NCBI GenBank assembly: GCA_036172245.1
Contig: JAYWIR010000045.1
Location: 1,426,001 to 1,490,000, forward strand
Source: Raillietiella orientalis
Lineage: Eukaryota
Length of the DNA: 64,000 nt
Direction: 5' to 3'
The first letter of the stretch is position 1. Every line of letters starts with the position of its first letter. The notes below the pieces were generated by a model that saw only the letters and a list, made by a program, of their open reading frames with translations, ran no database searches and was not told the origin of the DNA. Shown here piece by piece: positions 11,871 through 25,900 of this stretch. The translations under genes and the position numbers were made by a program.

Positions 11871-14726
11871 GTACGTGCTGCTAGATGGAATGCAGCTTCA
11901 GAGAACGGACAACCAGTACCAAGCTTACCGCAACTCACCAATTTCCCCAAAATTTTGTCGCCTTCCTTGGTAAAAAAAATCTTGAAAAACTGCAAGCTGG
12001 AATGTCCGATTATCAGACCTTGTCCGGACAGCGATTTTCAAGTGGAGGATTTCGTCACAGCAGCCAAGAAGACAGTAGTTTGTATTCTCGTGGACATTTG
12101 GATCATCTTGCACACCTATTAACTCCTGATGTCTTGATGAATTGCAGCTCAGTCTCTCCGTAGCTTTCGGACACATTCATCAACGCTTCCTTTATGAACT
12201 GGAAGAGCTAATGCTTGAGAACTTCCCAAAATGTCTTGTCACAGTACAAGATCTTCAAGATCTGGAAAAAAAGAATAGACAGCTTGCACAATGCCCAAGT
12301 TCTTTTTCTTGAGAACCGCTAGTTTCGACAGTTTGAGGAAAAAGTGGTTCACCTCAACAGTGATTCCATCAGGACTGCAGCAGCCTCTGAGAATGGGTCT
12401 AGAAACGAAAACTCCTTGCAACTGCTTGCTTCTTCTTCGACAGAACAGTCGTTGTGTTCCACATCCTCGAGACCCTTATTTCAAGGTGGGATGTTCATTG
12501 GCTGGGTGTTTTCATGCCTTTGAAACTGCTCGTAACATTGCTGCAAGCACAGCACCAAACCGCTCTCATCACTCATTGCTCACAGAAATGCTTGACTCCT
12601 GGTCTGAGAGACCGACGAATCAAAGTGACTTGATTTAGGAAAACGTGCAGGAGGGAACTTCACGTATGCTAAGTTTGCTACCTCCCTTTTTGAGGAATCT
12701 GTGGAAATGTGTTCACTGCGTTTGTTGACAAGCCTGGGAATTCTACTCGAAAACTCCTGCTCCTACTCTACGGTCCTTCAACAGTAGAGCGGCCCTGTTT
12801 TGGTATTTCAACTGGCGTGGCTCACCTGTTCACTGACCATGCAAGGGTGCGATCCTAATGTTGGTGCGCGGTATCCTGAACAAGCAAATTCATCCGCAGT
12901 TCCTTTTCTGTGTAATCTTACTGGTCTAACTCTCACTACACCGGTTCCTTGGTCGTTAGTTAACGATCTTTGTTGCTCCCTGCAGCACCGATACTCATTT
13001 CAGTTGCTGCCACTTGGAAGGTACTCTGATGTTGGGATGTGAAAAAGTGACTTTTCGCAATTTTTCTGTTGCCTGCTGATTGTGCCAAATCTGTTTTCAA
13101 ATCCAAGCTACCCTCCGAAGACCCAGTGAGTGCCAGGAGAAGAAAGCCTTGGCATGAATGAAGTCCGAATGAAGCTATACACAGAGGCGGGACATCGCCC
13201 TTGCCTGGAAATTACAGCAGAAGAGAAGGATCCGGTCAGAAAGTCGCGCTCAAGAAGGAGCAGAGCGCTCGGCTTTCCACTCTCCTCCAACTCTGTGAGC
13301 GAAGAAGCCGTTCAGCGCCAAGAGAACATCTTTCTGCTCTTGAAACAGAAGCTGCATCCCTCATGGATTCCTAATGGACTGCGAATGGTACTGAAAGGTC
13401 GAAAGTGATGAAAAGTGGACGATGAAAGATGTGGCTAGCGTGATACCCAACGGCGAAGGCCTGTTGTTCCTGGGTCGCAAGCCAAACGCCGGGCGTCACC
13501 CCCGCGCGCACACCGCCAGTTTCGAATCCTCACTCGTTCCTTAGGCTTCGAGGCACAGAAAGGTCGTTCGTTCCTCCTGGTTCCGATTCGAGAATACAAA
13601 GCGGAACACTCCAAGATTCTAATAAGAGAAATGATAGGCAGACAGGAAGCAGCTCACCAGCGCCTTGTGCTAGAAAGTGTTGAACAAGACGAGCTAAGCT
13701 GGGAAGCCCACGGTGTTTTTTGAGGCGAAGACGCTTGGAAATTGTGGTTCCCCCGACTAGGATCGAAAAATCAAGCCGCATTCCGCAAACTTTCCTCTCC
13801 CTATCGAAGTTCCTTTGTTTCGAAAAATGTGAACGTGGCGTGGATCACTATCTGGAGGGCAGAAAGCCGGTCCCACCGAACTCGTTTTTCGTGAGCGGAA
13901 AGAGGATGTTGCTACCCAGGCAACGCGTAGATGGATCCAGTGGATCCTTGTTCTGAGTGCCATCTGGTGAAGAAGTGCCGTGCGAATGAGATCGGGGGAG
14001 GGGAGGGGGGAAGATGCATGCGACTGTCGAATTGTGAACCAGTTTCTTCAGCCGAGTGACGAAGACGGGAAAGTCTTGCTCACGTCTTGTTTTTGTGGAT
14101 TCCGTGTTAAGAGGCGATTTTTCTCACCAAGGAGTCGTCGCCGCAGAAATTTTTTTCCGAGGACAGGATCCAAGTTAGTTCGGCTGCAATAAAGGAACAT
14201 ACTCACATCATCATGCCGAATCGAAGGGAAGACGCGTGAATCCATGCTTAAGGCCGAGACCACAGGAAAAAAGCTATTACCATGTTTTGGGCCGTAATAA
14301 CGCTTCGGAAAATTCAAGGACGCACTACGCCTCGTGATTTCAGATTTTTGCCTCCCAACCGGTTCCTATGGCAGCCTCCGCAAATCTAAATTCCAGAGAA
14401 TCGTCCGACGTCGTGAGCTTCCCACGTGGGCAGCTCTTGGCCGTGTTATTTACTTCGGATTTCTTGCAGTCTACTTTATTATCCCTCATCAGTTTTTTTT
14501 TTTTTTTGCTGTTGTTGTTGGTTCCGTTTTTCTCATGCGTTACTTCGATGAGAGTACAGCATGCGCAGTTGTTTCCCAATGCCATCCAGAGAAGCCGAAG
14601 TATGCTTTCGGGAATCGTGTCCTGCGCGTTTGACACGAGAGAATTCATCCCACGTCTGCTGACAGTCCAAACTTTCTCCGCGATAACATGTAATAGCCAA
14701 AAAATGATAAACAGTGGCACAGGTTG

Positions 14727-14730
<4 letters not shown>

Positions 14731-14768
<38 letters not shown>
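14731..14768. repeat. (AC)19 microsatellite
   Basis: Perfect AC dinucleotide run read directly from the sequence. Confidence 0.95.
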
Positions 14769-14771
<3 letters not shown>

Positions 14772-17700
14772 GTTCGTTTCTGCTTAATGCGTCTTCCTTT
14801 TTGATGTCTTTTTTTGTTTGTTTCCCTTACAGTCGAACACGGCATGAAGAAAAGAGGCTGAAATTTTCCACGCATCTGAAAAGCGAAAGTGAAATCAGTT
14901 TCGAAGATGAAGCCACTTCTGGGAGCGGCCGTTGTTCACCCAAACAGACAAATACTTCCCTCATATGGTCCACTTATCAAAACCTTGTGAGGGAATACAG
15001 GTGAGTCCTTTCGTGCGGTCGGGGATGCGGTCGGGTTCGCGCTTGGTTGCGAACCCGCTCCAGAACGGCGACATTGTGGGTTCTGCGACGCAATTCCCGG
15101 AGTCCCCCTCGGGCTGCGTGGCGCGCCACTGTGTCATCGAGCATAAGGAAGCTGGTCGATTGAGGGTGACACGGAGGAAAAATTAATCAGCACAATGAGG
15201 AAATGAGGAGTACGATGTAAATTCACGATGGGGAACAGTAATGAGCAAGGCTGATCGGTCAAATTCACAGCAAGGTCAAATTCATTACAAGGACAAATTG
15301 ATACATGCGTCTGCAACAAGAAGAAATAACTCACGAATTCATAAGAAGAACAAAAACTTATTTTTGTAAGATTAAGTGTTCCCATAGTTCAGTTAATGTG
15401 TCCACTACCGATCAACCTTGGTCGACGAAGCACCATATAACATGTCATTTTCTTGTTCGTACGAAAGGATATTTTCTTCACACACCCTAAGGAAGGTCAT
15501 TCAGGCAGTGCTTGCATCCAAGTGCGTGAAGGCACTAATGCTGCTGACTGTTTGTGGGATGCCTTGCTGTGTTTGTTCTTTTGTTTTTTGCCCTTGGAAG
15601 ATTTGTGGAAAGAAGATGTAGTTTTCGTGAATCTCAAAAATTATGAGCAAGTTGTTTTTGATGATCAAAAAAAAAAAAAAATGGGGAGAAAAAAGTGACA
15701 TTGAATGAGGGGAGGGGGAGAAAGCTCTGCCTCGAGCAGTGGATTCTGCATCTGCATACGCCTGTTAATACCGATAAATAAGATTCGGCTAGCAGGGCCC
15801 CGCGCGGCTGCCTTTCAAGCGCCGGGCTGGGTATCACGACCGTACACGTATACAATGCGTGCAGCATCAGCATTCACATGGCATTGAATGTATTTTTTTT
15901 TTTTTTGTTTTTTTTTTTTTTTTTTTCACAGCTGAAAGTGTACAATTGGGCAATCACATTCGGTGGCTGCGTGCGCGAGCGCACGAGTAAAGTCGTACGC
16001 GGCGGAAGCCTCGCGTTCCTCTTGCACTGCGTGGCCGTCTTGCAGTACAAAGCAAGTGTACTATTCGTCACTCTGTGCTGTTTATACGACGTGGATGGAG
16101 GATGCGGGAAGGTCTTAGATTTGGACTGCTAATCCGAACAGGTCGCGAAGGTCTTTCCCGCTCTCATCAACTCGTCTGCCACTTGGAGTGTTTGTTACTC
16201 AACACGTGTTTTTTTCCCCCCGATGTGTGCACGAGTAGTGCGACTGACGGCGAGACGCGACATCAGCACTACAGGCCACGCTTGTGCTCATTGTGGAAAA
16301 AAAAAAAAGAGAGAGAGAGAGGGAGAGAGAGAGAAGAAATAAATAAAGTGATCTGCTGGTGAACGTTCTCTGCACGAGGTTCCATGGCCGGCATTAGAAT
16401 AGCTCGAGGCTCATCTGGAAAGCGTCTCTCAGCATACGCAAGATGTGGTCCGCACGTTTCTTTTTTCGTTTCCCTCTCTCGAACAACCACCTGCGGGATG
16501 TCTCGGCCATGTTCCCTTTCCTCCCCCGAGCGTAGTTTCCGACCAGAGATGGTGCCGAGCTGCCTGGTCGTCGTGCCGTCGGTTGCTATCTGATGGCCGC
16601 TTGCCACCACCATCCACCTGTTCCAAGCGTCTGCTGCCGCCTCTTCGGACCGAGTAGGCGCGGCGTGGAGAGCGCTGAGGCGGTGGACGTCCTTCATTTG
16701 CATTTTAAATGGAATCTCAGCGCGTTCGGCCTGAATCCGCCTTTTCCCACTCGTGGGATGGAAGGGCAGGCCGCGTTGCTTCTTTTCAAAAAAAAAAAAA
16801 AAAAGACAAGAAAAGTACAGTAAGAAGCGAAGGCGCGCATCCTACGGAGCCCACTGGGGCGAAATTGCAGTTGCACGGAAGAATTTCGCAGGCAGAACGC
16901 TTGTCGACCGTGTCGAGGTGAGCCGCGCAGGGCCAACAGCTGCGGGCTAAATTCAAGGAGGCCGGAAGGATGATGTGCCGACACATAAAAAAAAAAAAAA
17001 AGAAGGAAAAAACCTGGACTCGCATGGACCGAAAGGTGGAGTCTCATCCCTGGGGAGTAGGTCTCCAGGGGTAAATATACGGTGAAGATGGACCACGCAG
17101 GGGAAAGAAAGCGCCCAAGGACTTTCACCGTCACAAAAACGACGGGAAGCGCTTTTTCTGCCCTCCTCTTTCTTTTTCAAACCCAACTAACCGGTTCTTG
17201 GAGCCCCGAGTGTTCTTGTCACTTGATGGAGCTCCACGCACTTGGTGATTCGCGAGGCACCTCGCAAAGAGTTGAAGCTGGTCAGTGAGTTCGGCTCTGC
17301 ATCCCCTCTCGCTCCTCCCCCGTCATTGGTGTTTTTCTTCTCAAGAGTGCTTCAGCGGAACTGCGGAGGGAGCCAGTTGGGAAGGAAACGAGTGCTTCCT
17401 CAGGAGACTGATGGCTCCCGCAGGACTCGAAGCGAATCAGGAACGAGTCGGGAGTCCGCTATGATCTCAAGTAGGACTGCCAGATCAGGCTGTCAGGCAG
17501 TTCCGAGTGTCCACACCGTGATGGCACCGGCACACGGGAAAGAAGAGTGCAAAAAATGTCTGCGATGGGTGTCCTCCGTGCGAAGCTGCGCGCAGCACTT
17601 ACAAAGATCAAGTGGTTTCACCATGGAGGCAGTGGATGGGGGGTGAAAAGGGGTTGTTGATTCTTCGTGCCTTCGACTCGAAACCAAACTCGAATCGTGG

Positions 17701-20291
17701 AGTTCCACTAATCGTACTTTTGCCCACCATTCGTCTACCTCACCAAATCCATCATTCCCCACCTCAAAAAGCTGAACCTTGACCTGATACAGCATCCTCA
17801 TGACCTGGGTCCTCATCTCATATCACGCTCTCACATGCACGATCCTCCTCCAACTCGTTACCACCCCTTCGCCCCCATTTACCAAAGGGTTAATGGGGGC
17901 CTTGCGCACGGGCAGTATCGTAGGCGAGGAAGGTGACTGAGCCGCGATTATTGCTAGTCGAAAACTTAACCCTTTGGGTGCGGAGCTCATCAGATTTAGA
18001 TGTTCCGTGTTGGCATGCAAGTCGCAGTTGCGACCTCTATGGACGGCATGCTCTTTCACGTACCGCCGACTCTATCGATGTACCGATTTACTTTACACAG
18101 TTACTGTTGTAATTGTTTATTTACACCGCATTTAATAAAATATTTTCGCTTTTCCCAAACATATATTGTTTATTTAACAATTATAATTTTAATTCGAACA
18201 AAATCGATAATTCATTCACATTTCTCAAGATATCACAAAGATGAAAAACAGTATAATAAATTCTATACGACACCGAGAAAAATAACGAGTAGTGTAACGA
18301 GTAGGAGTTTTCTTGACCGTTCAGCTCATAGCAGAGATTATCATCGTCATGTATAGTACACCTCTCTCACACGAAAGAGGACACCCTGCCTATCATCAGT
18401 CCAATGACACAGCATCGGTGACGGCTGACTCCTACGTTGCTTCCACTCCAGCGCTGCTCTCTATTTTTCCAACCAATCTATTTTCTCATCGTCCGCTTCT
18501 TATACCAAAGTCTGCGTTTTAGAATTGCTCCTCTTCCTTTTCTCAGTAATGTCACTTCGTAGGGCGGGTCTCCTCTGAAGGCGAACGTCATTCGGAGTTG
18601 CCAGAGCCATCTGCTGCCCGCCTCTCCCCTGTAGCATAGGACTGACCACATCCTCCCTGAGGAGGAGTAACAAAGAAGAGTCACATTTGCTCGGGCTCGA
18701 GAGAGAGAGAGAGAGAAAAAAAAACAACCTTGCCGTTTCCTTGGCAGCGCTTCCTCCTTTTCCTTCTTTCCCGATAGTCCCTGTCTCCTCCATCCTCATG
18801 TAGGTGCCCGGGTCAAGCGCAGGCCTTGCTCTCCTTCAGATGCGTTTCAAGATGGACGTGATCTTCGGCGGACGTATCCCAGAGTGCGATCTCCTAGTCA
18901 TCTTGGATCCGCGGAGTCTGAGCTTCCCGGCTGCGACCTTCCCTCCCCCTCCCCCCAACTGCCGCCCTCACCCGCGTGGCGTTCCTCCTCGCCCCTTATC
19001 CAACAGGTGCAGAAAGGCTGCAGATTCGTCTCCAAGCAGCCCTGGGCACAGTCCCTGCCACCGTGCTTTGCTGCTACTGCTGTTTCCCAGCACGGCAACT
19101 TCTCCCCCCCCCCCACGCGGCGAATTCCTGTTTGGCGAGGGAGCATCCTACCCCGAAGGGATCCCGCTCGCGATAGAAGTCTGTAGCTGCGCGCGGGATT
19201 GGGACGAGCGACCTCGGAAAAACCCTCGGGACTTCTGGGCTGCTTTCGAGAGACAACATCCCAGCTTCTCTTCCCTTCGCATGGAGATAGAAGTGGGGAG
19301 GAGGGGAAAGAATGCGGAAGGCAAAAATCAGCCAGAGAGAGGAGCATCCGAGGCAGATCGCGAATTCTGTTCCCACTTGGTGACACGTAGGGGAGAGTCG
19401 GTGTTGCCACACATGACACCATCGCCAACTACGAAGCCTACTCTGGTCCCATGGACCGCATCATCCTCCCGCGTCCTCGGCTTGCTCACCTTTTTGCTTC
19501 CCACCTAATCCTGGTATAGCGCGAAGGAAGCAACGTCTCTTCTGTCCTTTCCTGGATTTCAGATCCGCGCCCTTAGAAATCTCTGTTAGATCTCTGATCT
19601 CGGGAAGAAAGTCTACAAGAGGATGTTCCAGGCTGGAGTCAGGGGCGTTTTCCACTCCGCTCCGGTTCATCTTCCTTCTCATGAGAGCTTTCTGGTTTTC
19701 ATCTTATATCGGAAATCAGCTGGATGATTGTCTCAACTCTCCCAAGCATCAAGTGCCTCGGATGCTGGGACACTGGGCCACTCAAAGGAGCGCGTGCAAG
19801 CAACCGAGGTTACAGGTAACTGGGATCCAGGTTGTACCTAGAGCGAAAGAGAAGGATAGAATCCGATTTTAAAGAAAGAACGCGTGGTTTTGGAGCCACC
19901 AAAGAAAGCAGGGCCTCTTGTGGTCCGTCTATCTTGCAACCAGGAAGAAAGAGAAGGATGCTTCAACTTTATAGAGGAAGCTATCCAAGGCGATGGGCTC
20001 TTGCAAGAACCGAGGAATGGGATTGCGACCAGAAGAGTAAAGGGAACCGCGAAGCAGGGATGCTGTAATTCGAGTACGACAGGGGGTCGTTAGAAAGCTA
20101 GAAAAAGGGGTACATGAACCAGTAGGTAAAAGTTAAACAGAGGCAACTGTCGCCAACTCGGTACGAGAGGAGGAGAAAAGGGAAACATTGAATCTCGGTT
20201 TACCGGTAGCGGAGTGCTGCAGACTGAAGGGAGCCGATTTTCCTTCACTCTGAAAGGTGGGAACGTGGGGAACACCCAATTGACTAACTTC

Positions 20292-21085
20292 CCCAATTTC
20301 ATTTCTGGATTCAACTTAGTTGCATTGCGAGAGTTGGAGGGTGAAAGGCTCTTCTCTTCTGAATGATTCCTTTCTCTGTTTTTGAAATTTCCATGGGCCT
20401 GTCTCTTTATTCATACCCATTCGAAGAAAAAAAGAAATGAATCCGATTTTTGATGATGTTGCGATGCCATTTTTTGTGCATGAATACTTTTACAAATATT
20501 TTTCTGGCACCTTAGTTTGCCGACTCTCCTTCCTCCTTCCTTAAAAAAGGGCTAGGGCGAAAACTGATACGATGTAGTGAAAAAAATAGCTGTAGTATGG
20601 TATGTAGAAGCAGTTCAAGATAATACTGAAGGCGTGAAGGGTGATGCAAAGCATCAGTGTTTTATCGTAACCAACAGGAAACTTTGCATCTTGCCTGGAC
20701 CTATTTTATTGCAATTTCACAAAGGAGGAGACAATCGGAGAGAGAAAGTGTACATTAAAAAATTGCTTAGAAGAAAAGCACACTCGTTCGGCGTGCTCAG
20801 AGTTAGAAATGCATTTTTGGAATGAAGCCGTAAGGAAACGGTTTGAAGGTTGTAGTCCATATGGTTATTCAACTTTAAGAGTTCTGCAATTTCATCCACA
20901 TGGACGGGAAACGGAATGCCATTTGTAATTCCTGCAGGTCGCTCGCTGTTCCTGCGATTGATGAGAGAAATTTTCTGCTGTCTTCCTGATACAGCTCTAC
21001 CTCCAGATCCGTTATTTTCTGTGACTGATGGATGCACAAGTGTCCATAAGATTTCATTCTCACCCAATTTCATTTCTGGATTCAA
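20292..21085. repeat. Pair of identical 23-bp direct repeats (20292-20314 and 21063-21085)
   Basis: CCCAATTTCATTTCTGGATTCAA occurs twice, 771 bp apart. Both copies read LNPEMKLG on the - strand (ORFs 20090..20314 and 20717..21109). Confidence 0.85.
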
Positions 21086-22342
21086 GTTGGTCAAGAACTC
21101 GGGCTTCATTCTGAAGCGATGGGCAGGTGAGATGCAAGATCTTTAATACCCAGGTTCGAAGGCTTCATCGGTTTCAGTAGCATTCCACATCCTAATCTAA
21201 GACTGACCTAAGACTTCGCTTTCATGTGTTCTCCGTTCCCTTGAGTCTTGAATTAAAAGATTTTATATCAGTGGCGATTATAAGATTGAAAACAGCTTGG
21301 ATAATTATCAATTTGATGCAAAACATCATTATGTAAGGGTAAATAGCAATGAATTCGTGGGTGTGCTTCAAAAGTATCCTTCACTGAACAACCACAAGAA
21401 AATAATGGACAACCACTCGCGAAGCAACGCTGAATATCATCCAAGCAAACAAAACTTCTTTGACTGAAATGGGTTGGTGAAGAAATGCTTGCATTTTTTT
21501 TTTTTTCTTCTGACGGTATCGAACCAAACCAGCAAAAGTCCATTTCGGGGCGTTGGCGTTTGTTCTCGCACTAGAAAAATCCTCGCGAGTTCAAAGGATG
21601 GAAATTCCTGATTCAAAGATTCAATGGAAAAAATCCATTTGCATGGAAGTTCGAAAGAGCAAATTTCAGACGACCGACAGACTCGCGTTGTACGAGAGTT
21701 TCCTCGATTCCCTTGCGCAATTTGACCCTAGCAATTCAATCCAGGCTCGCGTTCGGTCCGACGCCTGGGAAACCGCGTTGCCATGCCCACGCTCTCCGTT
21801 TCCGCTTCGGCGGTCATTGTTGGCTGGTTTCGACATCATGGGCTCGTGTGTTTACCGACACTTAGCAACTCATTGGCCCTTCGCTTGGCAATAGAAATGA
21901 GGGAATGCATTTCAAAATCAGTTTATATGCTTTCAAAAGCAACTTCACGAAATGCACCAAACAGGAAACTTCAAAAATATTTTGCTTTTAAAGTGTGCAG
22001 CTTTTTCATTTGAAGAAATACCTCTAATTATCGGACCAGCAGGTAGGTTAATTACCATAATCCATGACGATGCTATCCATCAGTTTTATTAGAATCAAAT
22101 TGAGAATACGTACGTACATATGCAAATGTTTACATGCGTATTTCCCATAGACTTTCCATGTATAATCTAATGTGCGCTCAGTATTAATGTCTTGTTGGTA
22201 TAGCCATCACTCTGATGATATATTAAATGGAGACAAGTAAATTATACTCACTGATTATTTGCACATTACAACATATATTTTCAGTGCATTAATGGCTCTG
22301 TGTTGAAGTTTTAGAAATTTTATTTTATATTCCAGCAAAGGA

Positions 22343-22412
22343 ATGCCTGTGAAATCAAAGCAATGCAACCCAATTACTGTGGAACCTTTTCGTGACCTCT
22401 ACATTCCTAGCA
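22343..22412 (+). CDS. Putative first coding exon of the giant repeat-protein gene
   Basis: Acceptor TTCCAG ending 22335, ATG at 22343 and strong donor GTAAGT at 22413. It reads MPVKSKQCNPITVEPFRDLYIPS, and its phase-1 end joins in frame to the phase-1 acceptor at 22973/22974. Confidence 0.45.
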
Positions 22413-22973
22413 GTAAGTATACTTATTAGTAGCTTAACTTATTTTTATAACTTAAATTTAAAAACACACACACAAATTGGTATGAAATCACTTATAAGCT
22501 ACACTTGATTTCTTAAGTACATTGAGAAAAGCTTACAATCAAACGAAATCAAATCATACGTAAAAGTCCAAACCAGTTGTGAACATCCATATTTAGACAA
22601 AGGTAATATAATCAAGATTACTGTTCATGAAAACTTTTTTTATTTCAAAAATTCCAAAGAACCTTTCCATTCAGCTGGAAATCTGCCAATCATAATTGAA
22701 AAGTACATTATCGGCCATATATCCATACATTGCAATATGTAGAATCTAAAAATTAGAAGCAATACACTCCACACCACAAAGTACGTAAAATAAAAACACA
22801 ACAAAAACTTGAATCGAAGCGAAATCCACCACAAAAATCTTTCAAGCCATATATACTTTTAAAACCCTAAACGGAAAAAGGCGTGAAGCAATTTAAATTC
22901 ATCGAGAACACGTTTAAAAATAGCGCCCAAACGTACAAGAAATACAGCAAAGACTAATAATTTATTTCAAAAG

Positions 22974-25900
22974 GAGATCCAGAACGAACAGAAGAGAAAA
23001 GCTCATATTTGGAAATCCACAAGAAACCAAGGGAAACAGCGGAACACAGCATTTATCAAAGTACAACGGTTGCTCAAGCAAATCGGATTCAGCAACAACA
23101 ATCCACAAAATCCATTCAAATAATAACTTTAGAAAAGACAGAATATGAAACAAAACAACAACCAAATCAAACGGAAAAAAAGAGTACCAATCAGTCACAG
23201 TCGTCAATGCATCGATACCACAAACACCATGAAAATAATACCAAACAACACCAAGCAATTCAGGAACCACTCTCACTCCAAGGAAACCGATACATCATGA
23301 ACACATCGTTAAAAGAGTCATTCCACGAGGAAACCAATCAATACGACACACATTATCAAACAAGGCACAATAGAAAAGATGAGGAAACAACCCACCACAC
23401 ATACAGCCGAAACAACATCCAGCGAGAAAAAGAAACAAACACAACAGTCGAACCAGAAATGAAAACTCTGACAAGCGACTCAAACTTCCAAGCCATGAAA
23501 CAAATCAAAAGGAACGCAAACGACGAAAAGTATTCAACAGAAAATACTAAAGATACACCACTAAAACACAAAGAAGCATCAGCTAAAGAAACCTCTAAAC
23601 AAATCAAGGATCTACACTACAAATGTGAGAGAATTCCTTGCTTCATTTATGCAGAAAATCTAAAACTTAACAAAATATGTGCAACCAGAAACCAACAGCT
23701 CACAGAAAAAATTTACCAAGCAAACGTACACACAAAGTTAAAACCAAAAGAAAAATCTCCAATACAAAAAAATCAAATATCAATTCTAGAAAGCACTATA
23801 AACAAAAACACACCAATTAAAAAATCAGAACACAAACCAACTACCAAACCAAAAACTCCCACAAATATACAAGAATCAATCAGTCCAAGAAGTACCAACA
23901 CAGGCAACCAAAGGCTCCAATACGGAGGATATCACAAGACAGCCCCTCCCACAGCTTACCCTCACAAGGAAAGCGAGTACGCCAGCGGCAGAACATTCAA
24001 TTCGAACGACATTAGAGAACATCAAGCAAAAAGCTCACCACCTATAATGCAAACAAACACACTAAAGGTGGAAGAACAATTCTCTTCCGTGTCGGTGGCG
24101 CGGAGCGAGTACCGGGAGTGCCAGGGAGAACGAGCGCCGCGGGTGGTGCACGCGGACCATCTGAAGCCGGAAGGCGACTTCGTGGCGCGGAGCACGTCCA
24201 GAGAGGACTTCAAGGAGAAACGTCGCGGCGACAGGGAGAAGGCGAAACGTCACCGGGACAACCTGAAGCTGGAAGGCGACTTCACCGGGGAGTCTGTGTC
24301 GCGGAGCGAGTTCAAGGAGGTGCGCGGCGATACAGCCGCGCGCGTGCCGCACCCTGACCACTTGGCGCCGGAAGGCGAGATGTCCACGACGACGAGCAGC
24401 CGTTCGGACTACAAGGAGGTGTCTGTGCGCCGGGAGTTGCCGAAGCGCCACGAGGACCACCTGAAGCCGGAAGGCTCCTTCGAAGGGCAGTCGGTTTCGA
24501 AGGCGGAGTACCAGGAGTGCCAGGGAGAGCGCGCCGCTCGAGTGGTGCACCCGGATCAGCTGAAGACGGAAGGAGAGTTTAGCGGCGTGAGCAGCACGAG
24601 CGCCGACTTCCGCCCGATGGTGTCTACCCCGCGAGCGAAACCGAAACCCCACGAAGACCACCTGAGGACGGAGGGGCCGTTCGTCGGAGAGACGGTGGCC
24701 ATGTCGGAGTACAAGGAGTTCCGCGGGGAGCGTGCTCCGCTGATCGTGCGACCGCAAGACGCCAATCTGCTGGTGGACGGCAGCTTTTCCGGTACGACGA
24801 CGACCGTGGAGGCGTACTGGTGGCCTCGCGGGGAACGCGAGAAGCCGGCAAGTCCATCGGACAACCTGAAGAGCGAGGGCGAGTTCGTCGTCGGCCGGAC
24901 GGTGGCCCAGAGCGACTTCCGGGAGTTTCGCGCGGACTGTCTTCATCCCTGCCGATCCTCGGACACGCCGAGCCGGAAAGAATGGCTGCGGGCAGACAAG
25001 TCGTTCGTGGGCGCTCCTCCTCTCCTGCGGCCGAGCATCTGGCTGCCCACGAAGACAACCTTCGAACGGAAGGCCCCTTCGAGGGACAGTCGGTTTCGAT
25101 GACGGAGTACCGGGAGTACCGCGGGGAGCGTGCTGCCCGTGTGGTTCACGGTGACCACCTGAAGGTTGAAGGCGACTTCGTGGGAGTGAGCAGCGCGTCG
25201 ATGGACTACGCCGCTCCGCAGCCGAGCCCCCGGGACAAGCCGAAGCGACGTGAGGACAACCTGAAGGTGGAAGGGGATTTCTCCCCGGTGTCGGTGGCGC
25301 GGAGCGAGTACCGGGAGTGCCAGGGAGACCGAGCGCCGCGGGTGGTGCACGCGGACCATCTGAAGCCGGAAGGCGACTTCGTGGCGCAGAGCACGTCCAG
25401 AGAGGACTTCAAGGAGAAACGTCGCGGCGACAGGGAGAAGGCGAAACGTCACCGGGACAACCTGAAGCTGGAAGGCGACTTCACCGGGGAGTCTGTGTCG
25501 CGGAGCGAGTTCAAGGAGGTGCGCGGCGATACAGCCGCGCGCGTGCCGCACCCTGACCACTTGGCGCCGGAAGGCGAGATGTCCACGACGACGAGCAGCC
25601 GTTCGGACTACAAGGAGGTGTCTGTGCGCCGGGAGTTGCCGAAGCGCCACGAGGACCACCTGAAGCCGGAAGGCTCCTTCGAAGGGCAGTCGGTTTCGAA
25701 GGCGGAGTACCAGGAGTGCCAGGGAGAGCGCGCCGCTCGAGTGGTGCACCCGGATCAGCTGAAGACGGAAGGAGAGTTTAGCGGCGTGAGCAGCACGAGC
25801 GCCGACTTCCGCCCGATGGTGTCTACCCCGCGAGCGAAACCGAAACCCCACGAAGATCACCTGAGGACGGAGGGGCCGTTCGTCGGAGAGACGGTGGCCA

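Noticed and set aside
11896..13408. Possible + strand exons (ASENGQPVPSLPQLTNFPK..., FGHIHQRFLYELEELMLENFPK...)
   Set aside because: Protein-like, but the family is unrecognised and joining to the upstream exon would need an implausible 25-nt intron.
13430..13535. tRNA or tRNA-derived SINE suggested by TTCGAATCC
   Set aside because: No cloverleaf could be folded and there is no convincing A box at the right spacing.
15032..15057. 9-bp GC hairpin CGGGTTCGC/GCGAACCCG just after a donor-like GTGAGT
   Set aside because: A stem of this length is expected by chance in 64 kb and there is no other support.
18001..18161. Solo LTR-like segment (TGTT...AACA with AATAAA)
   Set aside because: No target-site duplication (TTAGA versus TATAT), no second copy, and no PBS, PPT or pol remnants recognised.
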